From: Vulcanimicrobiota bacterium
Lineage (GTDB): Bacteria; Vulcanimicrobiota; Vulcanimicrobiia; Vulcanimicrobiales; Vulcanimicrobiaceae
Assembly: GCA_963778045.1 (NCBI GenBank)
Contig: CAVZSY010000005.1
Coordinates: 174,999-238,998 of the forward strand
Direction of reading: 5' to 3'
DNA: 64,000 nt
Within the stretch, counting starts at the first letter, position 1, and each line of letters opens with the position of its first letter. The notes below the pieces were generated by a model. That model searched no databases. It had not been told where the DNA came from and worked only from the letters and a program-made list of their open reading frames with translations. Position numbers and translations under genes: made by a program. Below are positions 38,268 to 47,028 of the stretch, in pieces.

Positions 38268-39440
38268 ATGCACCTGTTGCGCATGCGCGATGCCTCCTAT
38301 ACCCGCCGAAACGAGGTCGTCGTACCGCCGGCTACGTTTGACGTCGGACCCGGCGAGCAGGTCGTTCGCGCCTGTGCGAGCGCCCGGGAGGCCGAGGTGC
38401 TCAGTATGATGGCCGCCGCCCTCACACGGTCCACCAGCGGGTCGGTGCTCATCGGCGAGTACGATCCGCGCGTGCAACCGGTGCACTGCAAGCGAATCGC
38501 CGCGTTCGTTCCGCACGACCCGCTGCCGCTCTCGCAGATCGACGCCGAGCGCTATATCGCCTATCGGGCCGCGCTCTGGGACATCGAGCCGCAACGCGCG
38601 CGCGCGCACGCCCGTCTTCTGCTCGAACGGCTCGACGGGCTGCACGAAGCCTTCGCGTATCCCGTGGTCGCGGCGCTCCTTCCCGGGCCCGCGCTGCTGG
38701 TACTGGACCGGCCCGAGCGTAGGACGCTCGAGATCGTCGCACCGGCGGCCGGCGGCTGCGCGATCTTCGTGACGCAGGCGAGCCGCTCGATGACCAACGC
38801 CGCCTTCAGCGCCGTCGTCCGGGCGCGCTTACGCGCCGACCGGCGCGCCATCGCCTTTGCGTGCGCGACCGCAGCCATCGTCGGATTCATCCAACCGCAC
38901 GGCATCGCAACCGTCACCGATCCGCTCGACGCGGATCTGGCCACCCGCAGCGTATGGCTCGCCGGTCCAATGTTCTTCTGTTCGACGATCGGGGTCGCGC
39001 TTGCGATGCTGCAAGGGCCGGGCCGACACGCGTATCTCGATACAACCGAACGCAGCGCGCCGCTCTTCGGGCGCGAGCTCGCGCGCGCGAAAGCCGTCGC
39101 ACCGCTGGTCGCGTCGACACTTACCGCGCTGGCTTATTGGGCAGCGCAATACCTGAGCGGATTCGCCGCACCGCCGACGTTCTTCGGTCTCGCGCTTGCA
39201 TGCGTGATCGCGAGCACGCTGGTCGCGCTCAATACCACCGTGCGCAGCGGAGCGGCGCGCGCCGTGCCGATCGCACTGGCTGGAGCCACGATCGTGGTCG
39301 CGTACGTGCTCTCCGTCTATGCCGACGGATATTCAACAAAACGTGGCGACGCCGTCGGCGTCGCCACTGAGTTGTGTTTCTGCGCGATCACCGGCTATTT
39401 CGCCCTCCGCGAATACGGTGAATCGCTCGCGAGACTGTAG
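38268..39440 (+). CDS. Degenerate ABC-ATPase-like domain fused to a ~6-TM membrane domain
   Basis: Part of ORF 38163..39440, from ATG 38268. ABC-like spacing (FDVGPGEQVV..., SGSVLIGEYD, LLVLDRPE) but no GxxGxGKS/T Walker A and no LSGG. The C-terminal half is hydrophobic helices. Confidence 0.5.
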   Translation: MHLLRMRDASYTRRNEVVVPPATFDVGPGEQVVRACASAREAEVLSMMAAALTRSTSGSVLIGEYDPRVQPVHCKRIAAFVPHDPLPLSQIDAERYIAYRAALWDIEPQRARAHARLLLERLDGLHEAFAYPVVAALLPGPALLVLDRPERRTLEIVAPAAGGCAIFVTQASRSMTNAAFSAVVRARLRADRRAIAFACATAAIVGFIQPHGIATVTDPLDADLATRSVWLAGPMFFCSTIGVALAMLQGPGRHAYLDTTERSAPLFGRELARAKAVAPLVASTLTALAYWAAQYLSGFAAPPTFFGLALACVIASTLVALNTTVRSGAARAVPIALAGATIVVAYVLSVYADGYSTKRGDAVGVATELCFCAITGYFALREYGESLARL

Positions 39441-39442
39441 CG

Positions 39443-40007
39443 CTAGGCGACCGGAGCGGCTCCGGTCGCAGCGAGTTTTTCCAGGATCGTGCGATTGAAC
39501 TGCACGAGATCCTCGGCACCACGTGTCGTGACCCAGTTGGAATCTTGCACGACCGGTTGATCGCGATAGAGACCGCCCGCGTTACGAATGTCGTCCGCGA
39601 TCGAATGCGCGCCCGTCACCTGACGGCTGCGCACCAATTGCGACGAGATCAGGACTTGCGCGCCGTGACCGACCGAGAAGATCGGCTTTTTGGCCGCATC
39701 GAACTCGCGCACGAGGCGCTGTACTTCCTTATCGGTTCGCACGTGATCGGGCGACATTCCGCCCGGAATGCAGCAGCGCGTCAAAGTCCTCGGCGGTACA
39801 ATCTGCCGCCAGTTCCTCCGCGCGAACGCTGCCGCCGTCGTCGAGTCCGCGCTTACCGCGGATCTTTTGGCGTGCGCGCTCGTCGACGCCGACGATCGTG
39901 ACGATCGCACCGGCCTCTTCGAGCGAGCGGCGGGGCTCGGTCAAGTCCGCGTCTTCGTATCCATCGCCGATTAGCGCGGCGATTCGCTTACCATCAACAC
40001 CTTGCAT
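39443..40007 (-). pseudogene. DJ-1/PfpI-family protein, one +1 frameshift as sequenced; nucleophile Cys replaced by Gly
   Basis: ORF 39729..40007 (KRIAALIGDGYEDADLTEP...FDALL) continues in ORF 39443..39910 (IPGGMSPDHVR...KPIFSVGHGAQVL...). Junction ~39770 (ctgctg-c-attccg). 565 nt = 3n+1. Confidence 0.65.
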
Positions 40008-40034
40008 CGTGGGGCCGATGTTTCGCTTTGCCTC

Positions 40035-40544
40035 CTAGAGTGTCCCACCCGTCTCTTGGACCGCGGCACGCAGGAGATACGCGAGTTCGATTTCGACCTT
40101 CCCGAGCGCGTCGAGGACCTCGTCCCCGGCCAACGCCGCGAGCGCCGGATTGCGCTTGGTCATATCGCCCTCAGGCACGCGATGGCGCGGGTTGATCTCG
40201 CGCATGTAGATCCGGGCGTCATATCGGGTCTGCCCCTCGGGCAGAAAATACAGCGGGTCCAGGCCGAAGGCGTAGACGTCGAGCGAGAGGATGCCCGTCC
40301 GCTGCAAAAACTCGATCGGACGAGCCCGCAGCGCCTGCGCCAGGCGGGCCAATCCCGAGACGCCTACGCGCTCGGAGCCGGCCAGGACGGCCGCCAGCCG
40401 CTCGAGGGGCATACCGATGGCCTCGGCCAGACGTCCGTGGTTGACCTCGCGCTCGGCGGCAAAGGCCGAGAGCGCAGCGCCGAATGCCGGTCCGCCGGCG
40501 GTTCCGACGCGGCCGTCCCAGGTGGGTTGCTGATCGTTCATCAT
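40035..40544 (-). CDS. XRE-family helix-turn-helix protein with uncharacterised C-terminal domain
   Basis: ORF 40035..40544. FGAALSAFAAEREVNHGRLAEAIGMPLERLAAVLAGSERVGVSGLARLAQAL is a Cro/C1-type HTH. ATGA overlap with the Rieske gene stop. Confidence 0.55.
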   Translation of the reverse strand: MMNDQQPTWDGRVGTAGGPAFGAALSAFAAEREVNHGRLAEAIGMPLERLAAVLAGSERVGVSGLARLAQALRARPIEFLQRTGILSLDVYAFGLDPLYFLPEGQTRYDARIYMREINPRHRVPEGDMTKRNPALAALAGDEVLDALGKVEIELAYLLRAAVQETGGTL

Positions 40545-40867
40545 CGCGCCACCGGCTCCGTGGAAAGATAGACGCCGTCCTGCTCGACCCGCACCTCAAA
40601 GCGCGGGATCATGGCAAAATCGCCCAGCGTCAGGCTCCCGGTGCGAAGGTCGAAGCACCAGGCATGCCAGGGACAGGTGATCGTCCGCCCCTCGATCCAG
40701 CCGTCGACGATCGGGCTGCCTTGATGCGGGCAGGCGTTTTCCAGGGCGTAGAAGTCGCCGTCGACGTTGAAGAGCGCGACCTCGTAGCGCCCGACCTGAA
40801 CGGTGCGCGCGCTTCCGGGCGGCAGCGCCGCCGGATCGGCGACGCGGACGAACGTGGGATCGGGCAA
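40541..40867 (-). CDS. Rieske [2Fe-2S] ferredoxin (NirD-like small Rieske protein)
   Basis: 3' part of ORF 40541..41167, from TTG 40867 (2 nt after the SDR stop). CPHQGSPI...CPWHAWCF is the CxH/CxxH Rieske ligand pattern. 108 aa. Confidence 0.7.
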   Translation of the reverse strand: MPDPTFVRVADPAALPPGSARTVQVGRYEVALFNVDGDFYALENACPHQGSPIVDGWIEGRTITCPWHAWCFDLRTGSLTLGDFAMIPRFEVRVEQDGVYLSTEPVAR

Positions 40868-40869
40868 GG

Positions 40870-41641
40870 CTAGTAGATCGACTTGATCAGGCCGCCGTCG
40901 ATCGCGATCGTCTGGCCCGTGACGTAGCGCGCCGCCTCGCTGCACAAAAAAGCGACCATCGGCGCGAACTCGGCCGGCGTCGCGACACGGCCGATCGGCA
41001 CGTCGGTCTTCGCTGCGGCGCGCCATCGCCTGTTCGTCGGTATAAAGCTGACGCAAGCGATCGGTCAGCACACGTCCGGTCGCAATCGAATTGACGGTGA
41101 TGCCGTACTTGCGCGACTTCGATCGAGAGCGTTTTGAGCGCGGCGACCAGCGCGGTACGAAAAGCATTGGAGAGCGCGAGCGTCGGAATCGGCTGCTTGA
41201 CCGACGACGACGTGAGTGCGACGATGCGGCCCCATGTGCGCGCTGTCATTGACGGCAGCACGGCGCTGGTTAGTTCGAGCATGCTGCGCAGCACGTTGCG
41301 ATAACCGGCATCCCAATCGGCGAGGTCCATCGCTGGTGAACGTACCGGGTTTGGGACCGCCGCCGTTGAGCACGACGATATCGATCGCGCCGAATGCGTC
41401 GTTGACGCCGGCAACGAGTTTGGCGATCGACGCCGCGTCGGTCAGATCGACCTCGAAGGCGCGCGCATCGGTCGCGCCCGCGTTCTTTGGCCTGTTCGGC
41501 AACGTGCTCGAGCCGGTCGCGGCGGCGTGCGGCGACCGCGAGCGTGACGCCCTCGGCCGCAAGCGCGAGCGCGACCGCTTCACCGATGCCGGCGCTCGCG
41601 CCGGTAACGAGCGCAACGCGCCCGCGAATTCCAAGATCCAT
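40870..41641 (-). pseudogene. Short-chain dehydrogenase/reductase, four +1 frameshifts as sequenced
   Basis: ATG 41641 follows AAGGAGAGGGA. MDLGIRGRVALVTGASAGIGEA.. / ATDARAFEVDL..VLNGGGPKPGTF / MDLADWD..RIVALTSSSVKQP.. / KYGITVNSIATG.. / [43 protein letters not shown] lie in successively shifted frames. 772 nt = 3n+1. Confidence 0.7.
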
Positions 41642-41652
41642 TCCCTCTCCTT

Positions 41653-42235
41653 TTAATACGGAACGCCGCCCGCGCGCGCCGCGCGCAGCGCCTTCATATA
41701 CCACACCAGCTCGTCGAAAAACGTTGCGTTGCGCTCGTCGGTCTTCGGATCGCGCGGGGTCCCATCTTCGTCGAAAGCTTCGTGCACGTTCGGAAACGGC
41801 ATCAGCGACGGTAACGTCACCATGCCCATTTCGGCCAGCATCGATCGCAGCGCCATCGCCGCGCGTACTGCCGCCGAACCGGCCGCCCGAATAGCACGCG
41901 ATCCCGGCCGGCCGCCAAAAGAACTCTTCCAAGAAGTGGTCGAGCACATTGGAGAGCGCGGGCGGAATCGTGTGGTTGTACTCGCCCGAAACGACGACGA
42001 AGCCGTCGGCGCGCGTGAAAATTTTCGCGAGGTCCTCGAGCACCGCGGGCGCCGTGCCTTTTTCGTACTCCTTGTACATCAGATCCAGCAACGGCAACGG
42101 ATGCTCGAGCGGATCGATCAGCATCGCGTCTACGTCCAGCGCCCCCAGACGCCGCGTGACGTAACGTGCGGCACGAATCCCCTGACGCTCGCGCCGAACC
42201 GAGCCGTAGATGACCGGCACGAAGAATCGTTCCAT
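41653..42235 (-). pseudogene. NADPH-dependent FMN reductase family protein, one +1 frameshift as sequenced
   Basis: ATG 42235. MERFFVPVIYGSVRRERQG...VVVSGEYNHTIPPALSNVLDH...CYSGGRFGG (ORF 41270..42397 frame), then VRAAMALRSMLAEMGMVTLPS... (ORF 41653..41949). Junction ~41869. 583 nt = 3n+1. Confidence 0.7.
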
Positions 42236-42276
42236 GCAGCGGGGATATGCGCCCGGCCAGAAAATCCATGCGGGCG

Positions 42277-42768
42277 ATGAACGAATTCGAGCCGATCGTC
42301 GAACGCCGCACCGAGATCGTCTTTCCGGAGGCCGCCAATGTTTACGGGACGCTTTTCGGCGGGCGGGCGCTGGCGCTGATGGACGAAGTCGGCGCAATCG
42401 CGGCCATGCGTGCCTGTCGCAAACAGGTCGTCACGGCCTCGATCGACCGGATCGACTTCAAGGAACCGATCCGGGTCGGTGAATTCGTCGAGACGATCGC
42501 TCGGGTCGTGCGGATCGGCCGGACCTCGCTGACGGTCGAAGCCGAGCTATGGGCCGAGCACCCGACCTCCGGCGTGCGCCGCCTCTCCACGGTCGGCAAG
42601 TTCATCTTCGTGGCCGTGGACCCGCAGGGACGGCCCACCGCGGCCCGCCGCGTAGCGCCCTTCGGGGTTGTCGACGGGCGCCGGTCTCTGCTATGCTACG
42701 CCGGTCGCCGGGACGGAGCATGGGTGAAGGCAAGCCCAAGGCCCTGTACCCGAGCGAGACCATCCTGA
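42277..42768 (+). CDS. Acyl-CoA thioesterase (hotdog fold, YciA-like)
   Basis: ORF 42247..42768, from ATG 42277. [29 protein letters not shown]...[19 protein letters not shown]. The last ~35 aa are Arg/Gly-rich and overlap the putative rpsO promoter, so the true stop may be earlier. Confidence 0.65.
   Translation: MNEFEPIVERRTEIVFPEAANVYGTLFGGRALALMDEVGAIAAMRACRKQVVTASIDRIDFKEPIRVGEFVETIARVVRIGRTSLTVEAELWAEHPTSGVRRLSTVGKFIFVAVDPQGRPTAARRVAPFGVVDGRRSLLCYAGRRDGAWVKASPRPCTRARPS
42668..42697 (+). promoter_or_regulatory. Candidate sigma-70-type promoter for rpsO
   Basis: TTGTCG, 18-nt spacer, TATGCT. Leaves a ~85-nt leader before the rpsO GTG. By-eye match only. Confidence 0.3.
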
Positions 42769-42787
42769 ATTTACGAGGAGCCCATTC

Positions 42788-43057
42788 GTGCCATTGACCA
42801 AAGAACAAAAAGCGGAGATCGCCGCTAAGTACGGCCGCGGTACCAACGACACCGGCTCGGCCGAAGTGCAGATCGCGGTCCTTACCGCTTCGATCAACCA
42901 GCTTACCGATCACCTCAAGATCCACAAGAAGGATCATCATAGCCGCCGCGGCTTGCTGCTGCAGGTCGGCCAGCGCCGTCGCTTGCTCAACTATCTCCAA
43001 AAGAGCGACCTCGACCGCTACCGTTCGCTGATCGCCGATCTCGGTCTGCGCCGCTAA
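42788..43057 (+). CDS. rpsO: 30S ribosomal protein S15
   Basis: ORF 42788..43057 (GTG start after GAGGAG). [56 protein letters not shown] is a textbook S15 sequence. Confidence 0.95.
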   Translation: MPLTKEQKAEIAAKYGRGTNDTGSAEVQIAVLTASINQLTDHLKIHKKDHHSRRGLLLQVGQRRRLLNYLQKSDLDRYRSLIADLGLRR

Positions 43058-43087
43058 ACGCGCGACCGGTAAACCGGTACAAACGAA

Positions 43088-43125
43088 AGAAGCGGCACGC
43101 GTATGCGTGCCGCTTCTTTTTTTTC
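43088..43125 (+). terminator. rho-independent terminator of rpsO
   Basis: agaagcggcacgc-gtat-gcgtgccgcttct followed by a T8 run. Confidence 0.75.
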
Positions 43126-43428
43126 TTCCGGCGCTGCGACTATCCGCGCAAGACCAAGCGATTGACGATGAAGGTTCCGTCGCTGAAATAGCCGATCATC
43201 GCGACGCGCTGGCCCGGTGACGGCGTCATGCCGCGTGGGCGCGTCACCGTGCCATTTTTGAGATCGACGTTTGGCCGGAACTGGCCCGTATGCTATGGGG
43301 ACATGAGGAGTCTGCCCGTAGTCTAGTACCTAAGCGAAACTACAAGGCCGGACGGCTCGTTGACGTTATTCGAGAGGTCGGGAAAAGCGTTACTTGTGGG
43401 CGCGGCTAGGCGCGATGATTGACTGCTT

Positions 43429-43444
43429 AGACTGCACAGTCTAG
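43429..43444. promoter_or_regulatory. Candidate operator palindrome upstream of the Mrr-like gene
   Basis: TAGACTG-ca-CAGTCTA, a perfect 7-bp inverted repeat. A third half-site-like tGACTGC lies at 43421-43427. It is 25-35 nt before the start codon. Confidence 0.25.
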
Positions 43445-43469
43445 GAATTGTCTCAGTCCGCACGAAGTT

Positions 43470-44309
43470 TTGGGCAGAATGGTCGGCCAGGCTATCGGAT
43501 GGATCATAACCGGGTTTATATACCTGTTTATTGCTACCGGTGCTCTCCTCGCTCTAGTGGTTCTTGGCTTCCCGCTCGCTTTCATCGGCACGAGTATTGT
43601 AAGAGCGATTTTGAACGTGTTGGTCGTTCGGCCCATCCGTTTTCTGTGGAGGCCATTTAACCTATGCGTGCATGGAACTCGCGGCGGTGAACGTGGTGGC
43701 TCTTGCAAGGCTTGCGACAAATTAACCCTCGATCGCATCGAGCGTAGCCAACGCGCAGCAAAAGGTGATGAGCTACACAATGCGGAGTTAATGAGACTCA
43801 ATAAAGCCGTTCTGGCCGAAGAGGTCACCTTACGCGAGCTTGAACCGGGCAAGTTTGAAGATACGGTTTGCGCACTTTATAGAAGCCTTGGTTACGTCGT
43901 TGAACAGACCCCTCGCTCGCGCGATGGCGGGCGAGATGCTGTTATGTATCTTGGCGAAGAAAAAGTTCTCCTAGAATGTAAGAGATACAATCAAAATAGG
44001 GCGGGTAGGCCGCAGCTTCAAAAATTTCACTCTGCCATGGTAACAGACCAAGCTGAGCGGGGAATTTTTGTTTGCCTATCTGGGTTCTCAAAAGAGGCGG
44101 CTAGCCGTGCGGTTGCTGTGGGGATTGAGCTTGTCGATAGCCATGAGCTGCTGCAACTGATGAGAAAAGCCGGTTGGTCCGGCCCGAACTCAAGGCAATA
44201 TATATCCTTATGCGAGGGGTGCGGGCAACGGAGCAGCATAGCACTCGACGACGAGGCTCCGGTTTATTGTACCTGCGGCGAATTGATTTCTCGGAGGCTA
44301 AATATGTGA
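43470..44309 (+). CDS. Membrane-anchored Mrr-type (PD-(D/E)xK) restriction-endonuclease-like protein with Cys-rich segments
   Basis: ORF 43470..44309 (TTG; ATG alternative at 43479). Two N-terminal TM helices, CVH..CKAC, then Mrr_cat-like FEDTVCALYRSLGY...RDGGRDAV...VLLECKRY...GRPQLQKFHSAM...GIFVCLSGFSKEA, C-terminal CEGCG..CTCG. G+C about 50%. Confidence 0.65.
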   Translation: MGRMVGQAIGWIITGFIYLFIATGALLALVVLGFPLAFIGTSIVRAILNVLVVRPIRFLWRPFNLCVHGTRGGERGGSCKACDKLTLDRIERSQRAAKGDELHNAELMRLNKAVLAEEVTLRELEPGKFEDTVCALYRSLGYVVEQTPRSRDGGRDAVMYLGEEKVLLECKRYNQNRAGRPQLQKFHSAMVTDQAERGIFVCLSGFSKEAASRAVAVGIELVDSHELLQLMRKAGWSGPNSRQYISLCEGCGQRSSIALDDEAPVYCTCGELISRRLNM

Positions 44310-44543
44310 TCAGGTTATTCGAGGCCGGAGGTAGACGTAGTCTCGAGCCTTGACTCCATTACTAGGTCGAGGTGCCGAACCTGCCTTATCGAGCCGAAGA
44401 TGCAAAAATCGGGGCCTTCCCCTGGTGGATTGGGGGAAGTCTTCAACCTAGAATCGATTAGCGGCCAAACTCGCCCGTCTGTTAATCAGCGGGTCGCGGA
44501 GACCGCACCGCTCGGCCGAAGGCGGTGCGAGGGTCATGCCGTT

Positions 44544-46911
44544 TTATTCGGCGCTCATCGGCTGTCCTTCGGCGGATTGGTGCCGGCGCGACTCCACAAG
44601 AGCCATGATCAGGTCGTGCCCGGTCGTGATCGATATACCGGTCGGAGGCTCCATCGCGTTTAAGTGTTTGACAAGGTAATCCCATCCGCGTCGCTCTCCA
44701 TAGCCCGGGAGTTCGTGCGCAGCGTTCGGGAAAACGATCAAATCATAGTCCTTGTTCTCGCGTTGCAGCGCCTCGATCAATTCGAAGACCTGCGCCGGAT
44801 GACAGCCGACGTCGAGCAAACCGTGGGTAAGCAGCAACTTTCCTCGTAGGTTCTTCGCGTACGTCGCGGCGCTCTGCGCTCTCCAATGTGCTTCATCGCC
44901 GGCACCATGATAACGCTCGCCCCACGTATGCCAAAAGATTCGGTTATCGTAGTTACCCGAGCCAGCGACGGCGACTCGATAGAATTCCGGATACCGCAAT
45001 ATTCCGTGTGCCGCAAGAAAGCCGCCACCCGAGAACCCGATGATTCCAATCCGCTCCAGGTCGAGCGAGGCGTCGTGCGCTGCGATCTCCCGGATCGCTT
45101 CAACATGGTCGTCGAGGTTTGAGGCGTCTTGAAGTTTTCCGTACGATTCAAGATGAAAGCGACGATCGCGGTCGCTCGTACCACGACCGTCGATCAGGAC
45201 CACGATAAAGCCAAGTTCAGCCAATGCGGCAGAACGGACGTAGGTCTGTGCAGACGACGGGCAGTTAAAAGATCCCCAGGGTACCGAGGACACTTGCGGT
45301 CCGCCGTATTCGTGGTCGATGATGGCATAGCGTCGGCTCGGGTCGTAGTCCGACGGCTTAAACACCAGGACTTCGATGGGTGTGACGCCATCCGCCGCCG
45401 TAGCGGCGAACGACTCGGCTAACGCCACCATTGCGGCAATCCCCCTCGATCGGCTTCCTCGATAACCGTAATGGCGTTGCCATCGCGATCGCGAAGCGTC
45501 GTTACCGGCAGTCGATCCGGCCTCGAGGACGTTTCGACAAAATAGTTTCCCGTTTTCGACGTTTCCCTGAGATCGCGCTCGTTTGTATCCCCTCGATTTC
45601 GTATGCCAACAGTCTAACGGCACGAACCCTCGGGACGTAGTGATCGCAGTCGTCGCAGACGAGAGATCGTCGTCTCGCCCGTATACAAGCGATGCTCGGG
45701 CGATCGATCGCGCATACGGGCGCGCAGGATCGCTGCCGCTGATCGTCATTAGCACCGTTCGTTCTCGCTCGTCGACGTGCAGCACGTCACGAACACGAAA
45801 GCCGCCGCTCGTTACCGGGCGCACGCACGACCCCGTTTTTAAATTGTAGAGATACAGGTGCGCGTTACCGCTGCGCTCCGAATACCAAAGAAGCTCGCCG
45901 CTCGAAGGCAACGGAACGATTGCGGACGGCGCATAGACGTTTGGCCCGAGATCGATGTAGGCATCGCTCTCCTCGGAAAATACGTTGCGGCACGTCCCTG
46001 TGTCCCATTGAATGCAACAACATGAACCTTACGCTCGCCCCGTTCGATGTCCACGAAATAGGCCGTCCGCGAGTCGGCCGACCACCAGGCCAGACCTGCG
46101 GCCACCGGCTATCGTTGGATGCGGACGGCGGAAAGCGCGGGGTAACGGGCGCGCACCTGTGCACCCGTCGCCGCCTCGATGGCTAACATCTCGAATCGCG
46201 TGACGTGTTCGTCCCGGGGAGTGCTACCGCGTTTCAAACGATGTCGGGCGTTTGTTTTCTCGCCCGGTGCAAAGGCTATTGTGGGCATGACCCCGACCAG
46301 CCGGTGGTCGGGTGCGGCAATGTGAGCAAACGCGATGAATCGAACGACCATACGGCGCCGGGTTCTAGCGACAGCTTGAAGCGCCCGCTTGGACGGTGGG
46401 CGTCCGGGGGTGTCGCGAACGCGTACAAGTGAACGCCATCGGTCGTCAAGGCCCGGTCAACGCTGCCTGAGTCACACATCCAGATATTGTGGTTCTTCGT
46501 GTACGCGAACATCGAGCCGTTCGGGGCCCGTACCGGTAATTCGCTTTCTTCGGCAATTTCCAACAACAGCTCGAGCGGCGGGTCATACTCCCAGCTACGG
46601 CCATACGCCTTAAACCGAAGCCGCAGCGGTTCATTCCGAAGATCGTAGGCATATATCTGCGGATCATCCAGCGAAGCGTCCATCTCTAAAGCGGCCGAAA
46701 GCGCATGCACGAACACCTGGTGATCAAATGCCGGGCGATTATCGCCGCTCGAAGCGTCAACGACACGAATCTCATGACCCGCCGGCGTTTCCCTAACGTA
46801 CCAAAAGCGATCCGAAGAGCCGATCCATCGAGGCAACACATCGGCATTGAGCACCATCTTTCGCTGCCGCCACTGCAGCAGCGACTCGGCGCGCCGGTAA
46901 CGCTCCTCCAT
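44544..46911 (-). pseudogene. S9 family serine peptidase (DPP IV-like beta-propeller plus alpha/beta hydrolase), multiply disrupted
   Basis: Fragments in ORFs 46276..46941, 46109..46351, 45839..46105 and 44544..45911. N-terminus MEERYRRAESLL...FWYV. C-terminus YGGPQ, GIIGFSGGGF (GxSxGG), LLTHGLLDVGCHP. In-frame TAG at 46109-46111 plus at least 5 frame changes. Confidence 0.7.
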
Positions 46912-47028
46912 CGTCGTCCCAGACCATCTCTCGCCTTGCACGATACTATCCTATAAGCGTCTGACTGACGAGATCTTCGCGTGCGCGCATGTACGAGCGC
47001 GTATTGAACGCCAAGAGAAGAAAAGCGA

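Noticed and set aside
43315-43352. tRNA-like string gcccgtagtctagtacctaagcgaaactacaagg at the island edge, considered as a possible tRNA or att site.
   Set aside because: Only a 5-bp D-arm-like hairpin is present. There is no acceptor stem, anticodon arm or GGTTCGAATCC-type T-loop, so I could not fold a cloverleaf.
43318-44345. The 8-mer cgtagtct occurs on both sides of the Mrr-like gene (~43320 and ~44337), considered as possible direct repeats or a target-site duplication.
   Set aside because: An 8-nt match between two ~150-nt regions is expected by chance at roughly 0.3 occurrences. There are no adjacent inverted repeats or recombinase.
44400-44663. 87-aa ORF and two small hairpins (cttcccc..ggggaag at ~44418-44441; cgcaccgc..gcggtgcg at ~44500-44530) between the Mrr-like gene and the S9 pseudogene, considered as a partner gene or antitoxin.
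   Set aside because: The ORF overlaps the S9 3' end, is Arg/Gly-rich and lacks an RBS. The second hairpin is adequately explained as the S9 gene's terminator-like structure.
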